Shown here: positions 9,650 to 18,384 of the stretch, piece by piece
How the letters are laid out: every line of letters starts with the position of its first letter
Numbering within the stretch: position 1 is the first letter of the stretch
NCBI GenBank assembly: GCA_963775655.1
Contig: CAVZJT010000007.1
Location: forward strand, 320,846-384,845
Source of the DNA: an uncultured Actinomycetota bacterium
GTDB lineage: Bacteria > Actinomycetota > Actinomycetes > Mycobacteriales > QHCD01
Direction of reading: 5' to 3'
Length of the DNA: 64,000 nt
Translations under genes and position numbers: made by a program
The notes under the pieces: generated by a model
Seen by the model: only the letters and a program-made list of their open reading frames with translations
The model's database searches: none
Told to the model about the DNA's origin: nothing

Positions 9650-9671
9650 GGGCTCGCACCGGCGTGTCGTG

Positions 9672-9702
9672 GACCAAAACGCACTAGGAGTGCGTTTTGG
9701 TC
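9672..9702. repeat. 31-bp perfect palindrome GACCAAAACGCACT-AGG-AGTGCGTTTTGGTC, an inverted copy of the 9623 element
   Basis: Its reverse complement is identical to 9621-9649 over 29 nt. The centre triplet is flipped (AGG versus CCT). A third, degenerate copy lies at about 9719-9747. Confidence 0.85.
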
Positions 9703-9773
9703 GCCGCTCCACCCCCGCACCAATACGCACTAGTCGTGCGTTCCGTACGACGGCCGCCCACTACTCTTGGGCT

Positions 9774-10658
9774 ATGAACCGGACCGTCCGCGACCGCCTG
9801 GCCACGGGCCGGCCGACGTTCTCCTTCGAATTCTTCCCGCCCAAGACGCCGGACGGCGAGCGGGCCCTGTGGCGGGCGATCCGCCAACTCGAGCCGCTGC
9901 ACCCGTCGTTCGTGTCCGTCACCTACGGCGCGGGCGGCACCACCCGCGCCGGCACCGTGCGGATGACCGAGCGGATCGCGACCGACACCACGCTGCTCCC
10001 GCTGGCCCACCTCACCGCCGTCAACCACTCCGTCGCCGAACTCCGCCAGGTCATCGGGCAGTACGCCGACGCCGGTGTACGCAACGTGCTGGCGCTGCGC
10101 GGCGATCCGCCGGGAGACCCGCGGGCCGAATGGGTCAAGACGCCCGAAGGGCTCGAATACGCCGAAGAACTCGTCCGGCTGGTCAAGGCGCACGGTGACT
10201 TCTGCGTCGGAGTCGCCGCCCACCCGCAGGGGCATCCGCGGTCGACCAACCTCGACGTCGACGCCCGGCAGTTCGTCGCCAAATGCCGGGCCGGCGCCGA
10301 CTTCGCGATCACCCAGATGTTCTTCTACGTCGAGGACTACCTGCGGCTGCGCGACCGGGTCGCCGCGCGCGGCTGCGACATCCCGATCATCCCGGAGATC
10401 ATGCCGGTCACGAACATCCGGCAGATCGAGCGGTTCGCGGTCTTGTCCGGTGAAAGCTTTCCCGCCGACCTCGCCGCGCGGCTGCAGGCCGTCGCCGACG
10501 ATCCCGCCGCGGTGCGCGAGATCGGCATCGCGGCCGCGAGCGAACTCTGCGACAAGCTGCTCGCGGCGGGCGCTCCTGGCCTGCATTTCCTGACCCTCAA
10601 TCGGTCCACGTCGACCCGCGAGGTGTGGGGCAACCTCAACCTCGACGCGCGGGTCTGA
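9774..10658 (+). CDS. metF: Methylenetetrahydrofolate reductase
   Basis: The sequence [36 protein letters not shown].. is classic MetF. The start is ATG 9774; the upstream part of ORF 7860..10658 is antisense junk. Confidence 0.9.
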   Translation: MNRTVRDRLATGRPTFSFEFFPPKTPDGERALWRAIRQLEPLHPSFVSVTYGAGGTTRAGTVRMTERIATDTTLLPLAHLTAVNHSVAELRQVIGQYADAGVRNVLALRGDPPGDPRAEWVKTPEGLEYAEELVRLVKAHGDFCVGVAAHPQGHPRSTNLDVDARQFVAKCRAGADFAITQMFFYVEDYLRLRDRVAARGCDIPIIPEIMPVTNIRQIERFAVLSGESFPADLAARLQAVADDPAAVREIGIAAASELCDKLLAAGAPGLHFLTLNRSTSTREVWGNLNLDARV

Positions 10659-12235
10659 CCCAGCCCGGCCACCACGACCGGCGCGGGTCCCGGTCGGCGA
10701 GCACGATGCCGGCGGCCGTCCGCCCGCTCGCGCCGAAGACGCCGCCACCCGGATGCGTCGACGCGCCGGTGAGATAGAGGTTGCGTACGCCGGGAACGCG
10801 ATGCCGGGCGAGCTCGGGCAGTGGCCGCAGCCCGAACATCGACTCCACCGTCATGTCGACGTGCATCACGTTGGCCCGGGGGAGTGCGAGCTCGCGTTCG
10901 ATCTCCTCCGGCGTCTGCACGTGCACCTGCTCGACGGTGGCCGCGAAACCCGGCGCGGCCCGGTCGACCTCACCGATCAGCCGGTCGGCCTCCGCCCGGG
11001 CGATGTCGCTCCATCGGCGGCCGTCGGCCAGCGCGTAGGGGTGCCACTGGCCCCACACGGAGACGTTGTGCCGCCCGGGCGGTGCGATCGTGTCGTCGAA
11101 CGCGGAGAAGGTCATCGCCAGAGCTGCCGGGCGCGCCGGCGGGCGCCCGGCCAGGAAATCGCCGTAGGCCGTGCGCAACGCACCACGATCCGGCGCGAGC
11201 AACTGCAGGGCGCGGTACGCCGAGTCGCCCTCGGCGCCCGGGTAGCGCGGCAGGTCGGTCGTGCCGAGCCGCACCACCATGCCGATACCCGAGCCGACTT
11301 TGATCTCGCCGATCCGGTGCTGCAACGCCGACGGGAGCGCGTCGCCGAGCAGGCCGAGCGTCTCGGTCACATGACAGCCGCCGACCACGGCGCCCGCGCG
11401 CAACACGTCGCCCGACGTCGTCCGCACGCCCCGGACCGCGCCGTCCTGCACGAGGATCGTCTCCGCACCGTCGCCGAGTCGCAGCGATCCGCCGTCGGCG
11501 AGCCAGGCGGGCGGCGAGCGCCTCGCTGAGCCGGCCGCTGCCGCCCCGCGGGTGCCCGGGAGCGCGTTTGTGCAGGAGCGCCAGCCAGCCGACCAGATCG
11601 GCCGTTCCGGTTTCGTGCGTCGGCGGGCCGGACTGCGATCCCATCCACGCCAACGCCGTCTTCAGGCGTTCGTCGGTGAAGTGCGCGTCGAGCAGCGCAT
11701 CGGCGCTGCCGAGGAACTGCCGCACCACCTCGCCGTTCGTGGCGCCGGCGCCACGGCCGGCCCGCCACAATGTGCGGCCGATCCGCAATGGTGCCGGTTC
11801 GCCCGCGAACGAGGCGAACACGTGCTCGTTACGCCGCCCCCAATCGGTGATGAACCGGTGATAGGCCTCCGCGTCGGCCGCCCCGCACACCGCCGCGATC
11901 GACGCGCAGGTGCGGTCGAGGTCGACCCAGAAGGTGATCGCGACCTGTTCGCCGGCCGGTGTCCAGAACGGCGCGAAACCCCACGGATCGAGGTCGTCGT
12001 AGACCAGGCCGTACGACGCCAGGTCGAGCTCTTCGACGATGCCGGTGTGTCGGATCATCACGTGGGCGCTGGAGCCCCGATCGACGCGGTATCCGGGAAA
12101 CCGCTCCACGGTCGACACCGCGCCACCGACGACGGTGTCGCGTTCGATCACCTCGACGTCGAGGCCAGCCCGGGCGAGATAGCAGGCCGTGACAAGGCCG
12201 TTGTGCCCGGCGCCGATGACGACGACATCAGGCAT
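10636..12235 (-). pseudogene. CrtI-family NAD(P)/FAD-dependent oxidoreductase, frame broken once (about 11496-11503)
   Basis: The N-terminal part starts at ATG 12235 (MPDVVVIGAGHNGL..GGAVST..HPRGGSGRLSEALAARLA). It continues in the next frame as DGGSLRLGDGAETILVQDGAVRGVRTTSG... down to 10636. The break behaves as one extra base. Confidence 0.7.
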
Positions 12236-12788
12236 GTGCGGCGAACGGGAGGTCGGCGCCGAGGATCGCGAACGGGCGACTGTCCCCGGGAAAGAAGTGG
12301 TCGCGCAGCACGTCGACGAAGCCGAGCGACCGGTAGAGCCGCCAGGCCCGGGTCCGGCCCTCCGGCGTGGAGAGCAGCACGCGGCGTTCGGGAATACCGT
12401 CGACAAGTCGGGTGAGCAACTCGCGGCCGATCCCGTTGCCCTGCCACACCGGCAGAACGTGCAACTCGCACAGCTCGAAGCAGTCGACGAACCAGCGCGC
12501 CGCGGCGTCGCGGTCCAGGGCGCCGTTGACCTGGTCGTGCCACCACTGCCCGGTCTGGCTGGTGTAGCCGTAGCCGAACCCGGCCAGTTCGTCGCCGGCG
12601 ATCGCGGCGGTGCAGCGGAACCCGGACCGGCTGGTGTGCGCCGCGGTGAACCCGGCCCGGGACCGTCCGGTCTCGGGGGGATAGCCCATCGCGGTCGTGT
12701 AGACCGTCATCGCTTCATCGAGCCGCCGGCGCAGGTCCGCCGCACCCCACCGGACGATCGTGACCGGTTCCTGCTCCGACGACTCCAT
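12228..12788 (-). CDS. GNAT family N-acetyltransferase
   Basis: 186-aa ORF containing LHVLPVWQGNGIGRELL..AWRLYRSLGF, an acetyl-CoA binding motif. Confidence 0.75.
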   Translation of the reverse strand: MESSEQEPVTIVRWGAADLRRRLDEAMTVYTTAMGYPPETGRSRAGFTAAHTSRSGFRCTAAIAGDELAGFGYGYTSQTGQWWHDQVNGALDRDAAARWFVDCFELCELHVLPVWQGNGIGRELLTRLVDGIPERRVLLSTPEGRTRAWRLYRSLGFVDVLRDHFFPGDSRPFAILGADLPFAAHA

Positions 12789-12791
12789 CGG

Positions 12792-13298
12792 TCAGTCGCC
12801 GACTTGGGCCGGAGTTCCGCCGGTGATGCGGACCAGCTCGTCGTAGCTCGTGGGAAACACCGTGTGCGCCGTCCCGGCGGCCGCCCACACGATCGGATAC
12901 TTCTGCAACGCCGTGTCGACGAGGGTGCGGACCGGCGCCGGGTGTCCCACCGGTGCCACGCCGCCGATGGCCTGACCGGTCGCGGCGCGCACGAAATCGG
13001 GTGTGGCGCGCCGGATCCGGGCCACCCCGATCAGGCGGGCGACCCGGTCGGTGTCGACCCGGTGGGCGCCGCTGGTCAGGACGAGTAAGGGTGCGCCGTC
13101 GGCGTCGAAGACCAGGCTGTTGGCGATGGCGCCGACCTCGATGCGGAGTTGCGCTGCCGCCGACGCCGCGGTCGTCGCCTGATCGGGCAGGGTGCGGAAG
13201 TTGGTGTCGGCGCCTGCGGCCTCGAGCGCCTGTACGACCCGTCGGGTGTTGGCATGCACCGGACGCGGGGACACCGGGTTGGTCGCCATGCGTCCCAT
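12792..13298 (-). CDS. YbaK/EbsC-type aminoacyl-tRNA deacylase domain protein
   Basis: Contains ..IANSLVF..APLLVLTSGAHRVD..IGGVAPVGH.., a YbaK-like signature. The start is taken at the ATG downstream of the cysH stop; 13289 is an alternative. Confidence 0.7.
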   Translation of the reverse strand: MGRMATNPVSPRPVHANTRRVVQALEAAGADTNFRTLPDQATTAASAAAQLRIEVGAIANSLVFDADGAPLLVLTSGAHRVDTDRVARLIGVARIRRATPDFVRAATGQAIGGVAPVGHPAPVRTLVDTALQKYPIVWAAAGTAHTVFPTSYDELVRITGGTPAQVGD

Positions 13299-13332
13299 CC
13301 TGTCGCGCCCGTCTCCGCCGTGTGGCGGCAGG

Positions 13333-14037
13333 TCAGACGTGCAGCCCGCACTCCACCTTGTCGCGGCCGGCCCAGCGGCCTGCCCGAGCATCTTCGCCCG
13401 GCTTGACGGCGCGGGTGCACGGCGCGCAGCCGACCGAGGTGTAGCCGGCGTCGATCAGCGGATTGACCAGCACGCCGTGCTCTGCGGCGTAGGCGTCGAC
13501 GTCGTCCTGCGTCCAGGTCGCGAGCGGGTTGATCTTCACCATGCTCCGCTTGGCGTCCCACGCCACGACCGGAGTGTTGGCCCGGCTCGGGGCCTCGTCG
13601 CGCCGTACGCCGGAACCCCAGGCGTGGTAGGAGGACAGCGCAGCCTCCAACGGCCGCACCTTGCGCATCGAGCAGCACAGGTCGGGGTTGCGCTCATAGA
13701 GCCGCGGCCCGTATTCGGCATCCTGCTCGGCGACGGTCTGGGACGGCTTCACCGACAGCACGGTCACCGGCATCGTCGACGCCACCGCGTCGCGGGTGCC
13801 GATCGTCTCGGCGAAGTGGTAGCCGGTGTCGAGGAAGACGACGTGGATCCCGGGACGGGCGCGCGAGGCAAGGTGGGAGAGGACGGCATCGGCCATCGAG
13901 GAGGTGATGCACAAACGGTCGCCGAACTCGTCGGAGGCCCAGCGCAGCACGTCGAGGGGATGTGCGTCTTCCAACTCCGGCTCGGCCGCCTCAACCAGCG
14001 ACACGAGCCGTGCGTGCTCGTAATCGGGAGCACTCAC
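13333..14037 (-). CDS. cysH: Phosphoadenosine/adenosine 5'-phosphosulfate reductase
   Basis: Contains ..VVFLDTGYHF.ET..CC..RKV.PL.. and the C-terminal ECGLH motif. Confidence 0.9.
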   Translation of the reverse strand: MSAPDYEHARLVSLVEAAEPELEDAHPLDVLRWASDEFGDRLCITSSMADAVLSHLASRARPGIHVVFLDTGYHFAETIGTRDAVASTMPVTVLSVKPSQTVAEQDAEYGPRLYERNPDLCCSMRKVRPLEAALSSYHAWGSGVRRDEAPSRANTPVVAWDAKRSMVKINPLATWTQDDVDAYAAEHGVLVNPLIDAGYTSVGCAPCTRAVKPGEDARAGRWAGRDKVECGLHV

Positions 14038-14219
14038 GATGCCTCCTTAGTCGTCAAACCCAGGAACCGTAGCCGCCAGGCCCGACGGCATGCTGCGCAC
14101 CGCCATACTCCGGCCTCGTCGCCACTCACTTCGTCGCGACTGGGTCGAATGTCTTCCTCTCCGCAGTATGGACAGTAAAACGGCGGAGCGTGGGAAACCC
14201 GGCTCGTCACGCCAGCCAC
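14034..14219 (-). CDS. Small zinc-ribbon protein between sulfite reductase and cysH (CysX-like position)
   Basis: About 58-61 aa with CPYCG...CAAC. Alternative GTG start at 14210 gives a GTGA overlap with the sirA stop. Its own stop overlaps the cysH start. Confidence 0.5.
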   Translation of the reverse strand: MAGVTSRVSHAPPFYCPYCGEEDIRPSRDEVSGDEAGVWRCAACRRAWRLRFLGLTTKEAS

Positions 14220-15850
14220 TCCTCATCCGCGCGGGCGACGTAATCGGCGAACGATTCGTCACCTTTGCAGCGTTCTTTATAGCCCCGCAGTACCCGTTCG
14301 ATGTAGTCGGCGGTGTCGCTGGCGGCGACCCGCAGACCCCGGAACTTCCGACCGAGTGTCGGATCCGCCCCGAGTTGTCCGCCTAGATGTATCTGGAAAC
14401 CGTCGACGTCCTCGCCGTTATTCCCCCGCATGACCATTCCCTTGAGGCCGATGTCGGCGACCTGGAAACGCGCACAGGAGTTCGGGCAGCCGTTGACGTT
14501 GATGGTCACCGGCGTGTCGAAGTCGGGCAGCCGGCGTTCCAGCTCGTCGACGAGCCAGCTGGCGCGGCCCTTGGTCTCCACGAGCGCCAGCTTGCAGAAC
14601 TCGATGCCGGTGCAGGCGATCGTCCCGCGCCGGAACGCACTCGGCCGCACAGCGAGCCCCTCACCCTCCAGGGCGGTGACCAGCGCCTCGACCTGCTCCT
14701 CGGGTACGTCGAGGACCACCAGCTGCTGCTGCGCGGTGGTGTTGACCCGGCTGCCGCCGTACTCGTGCGCGAGGTCGGCGATGCGGGAAAGCTGGGTGCC
14801 GCTGGTGCGCCCGGACCGCAGCGCGAAGCCCACCGAGTAACGCCCGTCGGCCTGACGCTGCACGCCGAGGTGGTCGCGCGGGCCGGTCGGAGCCGCCGGA
14901 GCCGGACCGTCCGGGAGCGGGGAGTCGAGGTAGTCGGACTCGAGGATCTCCCGGAACTTCTCGGGACCCCAGTCGGCCATGAGGAACTTCAGCCGGGCCC
15001 GGTTGCGCGACTTGCGGTAGCCGTAGTCGCGGAAGACTGCGGTCACGCCGCGCCAGGTCTCCACCAGCCGGTCGACCGGCACGAAGGCGCCGAGCCGGAC
15101 GGCGAACCGCGGATTTGTCGACAGGCCGCCACCGACCCACAGGTCGTAGCCGGGTACGCCGTCCGGGCCGGTCACGCCGACGAAGGCGACGTCGTTGATC
15201 TCGTGGTTGGTGCAGTGCCGGCCGCAGCCGGAGACCGAGGTCTTGTACTTGCGCGGGAGGTTGGAGTATTCGGGGTCGCCGACGACCAGGTCCGACAGCT
15301 CGTTGATCTTCGCGGTCGCGTCGAGGACCTCGTCCTCGGCCACCCCGGCGAGCGGACAACCGAGCATCACCCGGGGCGTGTCGCCGCACGCCTCGGTGGT
15401 GGACAACCCGACCGCTTCGAGGCGCTGCCAGATCTCGGGCACGTCCTCGATCCGGATCCAATGCAGCTGGACGTTCTGCCGGTCTGTGACGTCGGCCACG
15501 TCGCGGCCGTACTCCTTGGCGATCCCGGCCACGGTGGACAGTTGCCGGGACGAGAGCCGGCCACCGTCGATGCGGATCCGGAGCATGAAGAACTCGTCTT
15601 CGAGCTCGTGCGGCTCGAGTACGGCGGTCCGGCGACCGGGGATCCCGGCGGCCCGCTGGGTGTAGAGGCCGTACCAGCGGAACCGGCTGGAGAGATCGGC
15701 CGGATCGATGCTGGCGAAGCCGTTCTTCGAGTAGACGTCGATGATCCGCTGTCGCACGGCGAGGCCGTCGTCGTCCCGCTTTACGCGTTCGTTGGCGTTG
15801 AGCGGCTCACGGTGGCCCAGCGCCCACTGGCCCTGTGCTGTCGATGGCAT
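14207..15850 (-). CDS. sirA: Ferredoxin-dependent sulfite (nitrite/sulfite) reductase
   Basis: 547 aa containing ..RFRWYGLYTQR..FMLRIRIDGG..TEACGDTPR..CTGIEFCKLA..CPNSCAR.., which are siroheme/4Fe-4S signatures. Confidence 0.9.
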   Translation of the reverse strand: MPSTAQGQWALGHREPLNANERVKRDDDGLAVRQRIIDVYSKNGFASIDPADLSSRFRWYGLYTQRAAGIPGRRTAVLEPHELEDEFFMLRIRIDGGRLSSRQLSTVAGIAKEYGRDVADVTDRQNVQLHWIRIEDVPEIWQRLEAVGLSTTEACGDTPRVMLGCPLAGVAEDEVLDATAKINELSDLVVGDPEYSNLPRKYKTSVSGCGRHCTNHEINDVAFVGVTGPDGVPGYDLWVGGGLSTNPRFAVRLGAFVPVDRLVETWRGVTAVFRDYGYRKSRNRARLKFLMADWGPEKFREILESDYLDSPLPDGPAPAAPTGPRDHLGVQRQADGRYSVGFALRSGRTSGTQLSRIADLAHEYGGSRVNTTAQQQLVVLDVPEEQVEALVTALEGEGLAVRPSAFRRGTIACTGIEFCKLALVETKGRASWLVDELERRLPDFDTPVTINVNGCPNSCARFQVADIGLKGMVMRGNNGEDVDGFQIHLGGQLGADPTLGRKFRGLRVAASDTADYIERVLRGYKERCKGDESFADYVARADEEWLA

Positions 15851-15956
15851 CGGGTTACCTCGCGGTTGTGACGCTCCTGCGCGGCGCTGCGTCAGTACGC
15901 CTGCTGGTCAGGGTCTGCGGTGTCAGATGGACACCGGACAGGCGGCGCTGATCGCG

Positions 15957-15987
15957 TGCTGCAGGTCGACATGCAGCCTCGCGACGA
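15957..15987. promoter_or_regulatory. Left arm of a 31-nt inverted repeat containing the quasi-palindrome CTGCAgGTCGACaTGCAG
   Basis: 27 of 31 positions match the reverse complement of 16111-16141. It lies in the 500-bp sirA/cysG divergent spacer. Confidence 0.45.
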
Positions 15988-16110
15988 GAGGTACACCGCG
16001 GTCCGTCACGCCGACTAGGATCGCACATGATCACTCGGTTCGCACACCCTGTCTGTCGACCGATGTTGCCGACCTGTGCGATCCTGTGGTGCATGTCTGC
16101 GACCGCGGTG

Positions 16111-16141
16111 CTCGTCGCTCGCCTGCATGTCGATCTGCAGC
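16111..16141. promoter_or_regulatory. Right arm of the inverted repeat (CTGCAtGTCGAtcTGCAG)
   Basis: Partner of 15957-15987, separated from it by 123 nt. Confidence 0.45.
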
Positions 16142-16291
16142 GGGTCGCCAGCGCGGTCTGTCCGTCCGACTGAATCGGGTCGGCGCCTCTCCCGTCGCAC
16201 CATCCCGCCTCGCCTGCAGGCGCTGGACCCGGGTACGTCGCCCTCACGGACTCGACACCACGAGGACAGACCAGCAGACCAGGAGAACCTC

Positions 16292-16354
16292 ATGACCATC
16301 ATCCCGACGCCGGCGGAGATCGTCGCGGGCGGCCCGATCGGCGGTGTCCGGTGA
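16292..16354 (+). CDS. Candidate 20-codon upstream ORF (MTIIPTPAEIVAGGPIGGVR) coupled to the cysG-like gene
   Basis: AGGAGA lies 5 nt upstream of the ATG. 18 of 19 third-codon positions are G/C. Its TGA overlaps the GTG of the next gene (GTGA at 16351-16354). Confidence 0.35.
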   Translation: MTIIPTPAEIVAGGPIGGVR

Positions 16355-17547
16355 GCGACGGCTATCCGGTCGTCCTCGACCTCACCGGCCGCCGGGTCGT
16401 CGTCGTCGGGGCCGGGTCGGTCGCCGAGCGGCGGGTCGCCGGGCTGCGCGACGCGGGCGCCGACGTACACGTCGTAGCACCCGTCGTCTCGGGTCACTTC
16501 GACGCCGACGTCACCGTGCACCGCCGCTCCTACGTCGACGGCGACCTTGACGGGGCGTGGATGGCGCACGCGTGCACCGACGATGCTGCGGTCAACGCCG
16601 AGGTCGCCGCCGCGGCCGAGCAGCGGCAGATCCCCTGTGTCCGGGCCGACGCCGCGCCGGACGGGACCGCCCGCACACCGGCCGTCGCCCGCTCCGGAGA
16701 GGTGGTCGTCGCCGTCTCCTCCGACGACCCGGTCCGCTCCGTGCGCATCCGCAACCGGATCTCGGGCCTGCTGGACCGTTCCGAGCTGCCGATCCGCCGG
16801 GCCCGCCGGGACGGCGTCGGCCGGGTCACCCTCGTCGGGGGCGGACCCGGGGATCCGGGCCTGATCACGGTCGAGGGGCGGGCGCTGGTGGCCGACGCCG
16901 ACGTGCTGGTCGTCGACCGGCTGGCGCCCCGCGGCCTGCTCGACACGGTCGACGACGACGTCGAGGTGATCGACGTGGGCAAGGCGCCCTACCGGCACGG
17001 GGCGACCCAGCAGGAGATCAACGACCTGCTGGTCGACCGGGCCGGACGCGGACTGCACGTGGTGCGGCTCAAGGGTGGTGACCCGTTCGTGCTCGGCCGG
17101 GGCGGCGAGGAGGTCGCCGCGTGCACCGCGGCCGGAGTGCCGGTGCACGTCGTACCCGGGGTCACATCGGCCCTCGCGGGTCCGGCGATGGCCGGTATCC
17201 CGCTGACCCACCGCGGGATCGCCGCCGACTTCGCCGTCGTGTCGGCACACCTGGATCCGACCCATACCGGTTCGACCGTCGACTGGCCGGCGCTGGCGTC
17301 CGGCCCCGCGACCCTGGTCCTGTTGATGGCGATGGAGCGGCTCGACGCGGTGTGTCAGACCCTGATCGGGCACGGCCGGTCAGCCGACACGCCGGCCGCG
17401 GTGGTCCAGGAGGCGACGACGCCCGCCCAGCGCACGCTCACGTCGACGCTCGGCTCGCTGGCCGACGACGTACTCCAGGCGGGAATGGGCTCGCCCGCCG
17501 TGGTGGTCGTCGGTGAGGTGGTCCGGCTGGCCCGGACGGTCGGATGA
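16351..17547 (+). CDS. cysG: Siroheme synthase-like fusion: precorrin-2 dehydrogenase domain plus uroporphyrinogen-III C-methyltransferase
   Basis: The N-terminus has a Rossmann motif (VVVVGAGSVAERR). The C-terminal half contains VTLVGGGPGDPGLIT..RLKGGDPFV.GRGGEE..PGVTSA.. (SUMT). Confidence 0.8.
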   Translation: MSDGYPVVLDLTGRRVVVVGAGSVAERRVAGLRDAGADVHVVAPVVSGHFDADVTVHRRSYVDGDLDGAWMAHACTDDAAVNAEVAAAAEQRQIPCVRADAAPDGTARTPAVARSGEVVVAVSSDDPVRSVRIRNRISGLLDRSELPIRRARRDGVGRVTLVGGGPGDPGLITVEGRALVADADVLVVDRLAPRGLLDTVDDDVEVIDVGKAPYRHGATQQEINDLLVDRAGRGLHVVRLKGGDPFVLGRGGEEVAACTAAGVPVHVVPGVTSALAGPAMAGIPLTHRGIAADFAVVSAHLDPTHTGSTVDWPALASGPATLVLLMAMERLDAVCQTLIGHGRSADTPAAVVQEATTPAQRTLTSTLGSLADDVLQAGMGSPAVVVVGEVVRLARTVG

Positions 17548-18350
17548 CCGATCCGGTCCTGCTCGCGGTCGCCCACGGATCTCGGGACGAGCGGGCCGCG
17601 CCGGCGCTGGACCGGCTGATCGAGCGGGTCCGTGCGGGGTCACCCTCGATCGAGGTACGGCTGTCCTACGTGGACCACACCTCGCCGTCGGTCACCCGAG
17701 CCCTGGACGATCTGTCGACGCGGCCGACGGTGGTGGTCCCGTTGCTGCTCACCGCCGCGTCGCACACCAAGGGCGACGTGGCGGCCGCGGTCCGGGCCGC
17801 CCGGCGGCCGGACCGGCACCTGCACCAGGCCCGGCCGCTGGCGCCCCATCCCGGCCTGCTCGCCGCCCTGGACCGCCGGCTCGACGAGGCCGGCGTGGAC
17901 CGGCGTACGGCGGTGGTGCTGGCGGCGGTGGGCTCGGCGGATCCGGACGCGAACGCCGAGGTCGTCGCCGACGCCCGCCGGCTGTGGGAGTGGCGCCGCG
18001 CCGAGGCGCCGGTCGAGGCCGGCTTCGCGTCCGCGACCACGCCGACCGTCGCCGAGGCCGTGGACCGGCTCCGGCGGCTCGGCTACGACGAGGTCGCCGT
18101 AGCGGCGTACGCGCTCGCCCCCGGGAGACTGCTCGACAAGGCCACCGCCGGCCTCGATGTCGCCGCAGTGACCGAAGAGCTCGCCGACACCCCGGAGGCC
18201 GCTGAGGTGGTGCTCGAGCGCTACCGGGAGGCCATCGCCGGCGACATCCGGATGGGGTGCGACACCTGCCTCTACCGGGTCGCCTGGCCGGGCCGCGAGG
18301 ACCGCCGCGGCGCCGCCCAGCGGGTCCACCCGCACCCCGACGACACCTGA
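17544..18350 (+). CDS. Sirohydrochlorin ferrochelatase (CbiX/SirB family)
   Basis: Contains LLAVAHGSRD..VVPLLL..HTK.D.. repeated in two halves. ATGA overlap with the preceding gene. Confidence 0.75.
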   Translation: MTDPVLLAVAHGSRDERAAPALDRLIERVRAGSPSIEVRLSYVDHTSPSVTRALDDLSTRPTVVVPLLLTAASHTKGDVAAAVRAARRPDRHLHQARPLAPHPGLLAALDRRLDEAGVDRRTAVVLAAVGSADPDANAEVVADARRLWEWRRAEAPVEAGFASATTPTVAEAVDRLRRLGYDEVAVAAYALAPGRLLDKATAGLDVAAVTEELADTPEAAEVVLERYREAIAGDIRMGCDTCLYRVAWPGREDRRGAAQRVHPHPDDT

Positions 18351-18384
18351 CCTCGCAGGCTCGCCCGGCCCCGGCCTGCCTTTT

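Noticed and set aside
15851-16291. Riboswitch or other known cis-regulatory RNA in the long sirA 5' region, and likewise upstream of metF at 9522-9773
   Set aside because: I could not recognise any conserved riboswitch core (SAM, cobalamin, THF, etc.) by eye. Only the inverted repeats reported separately stand out. An Rfam scan would be needed to be sure.
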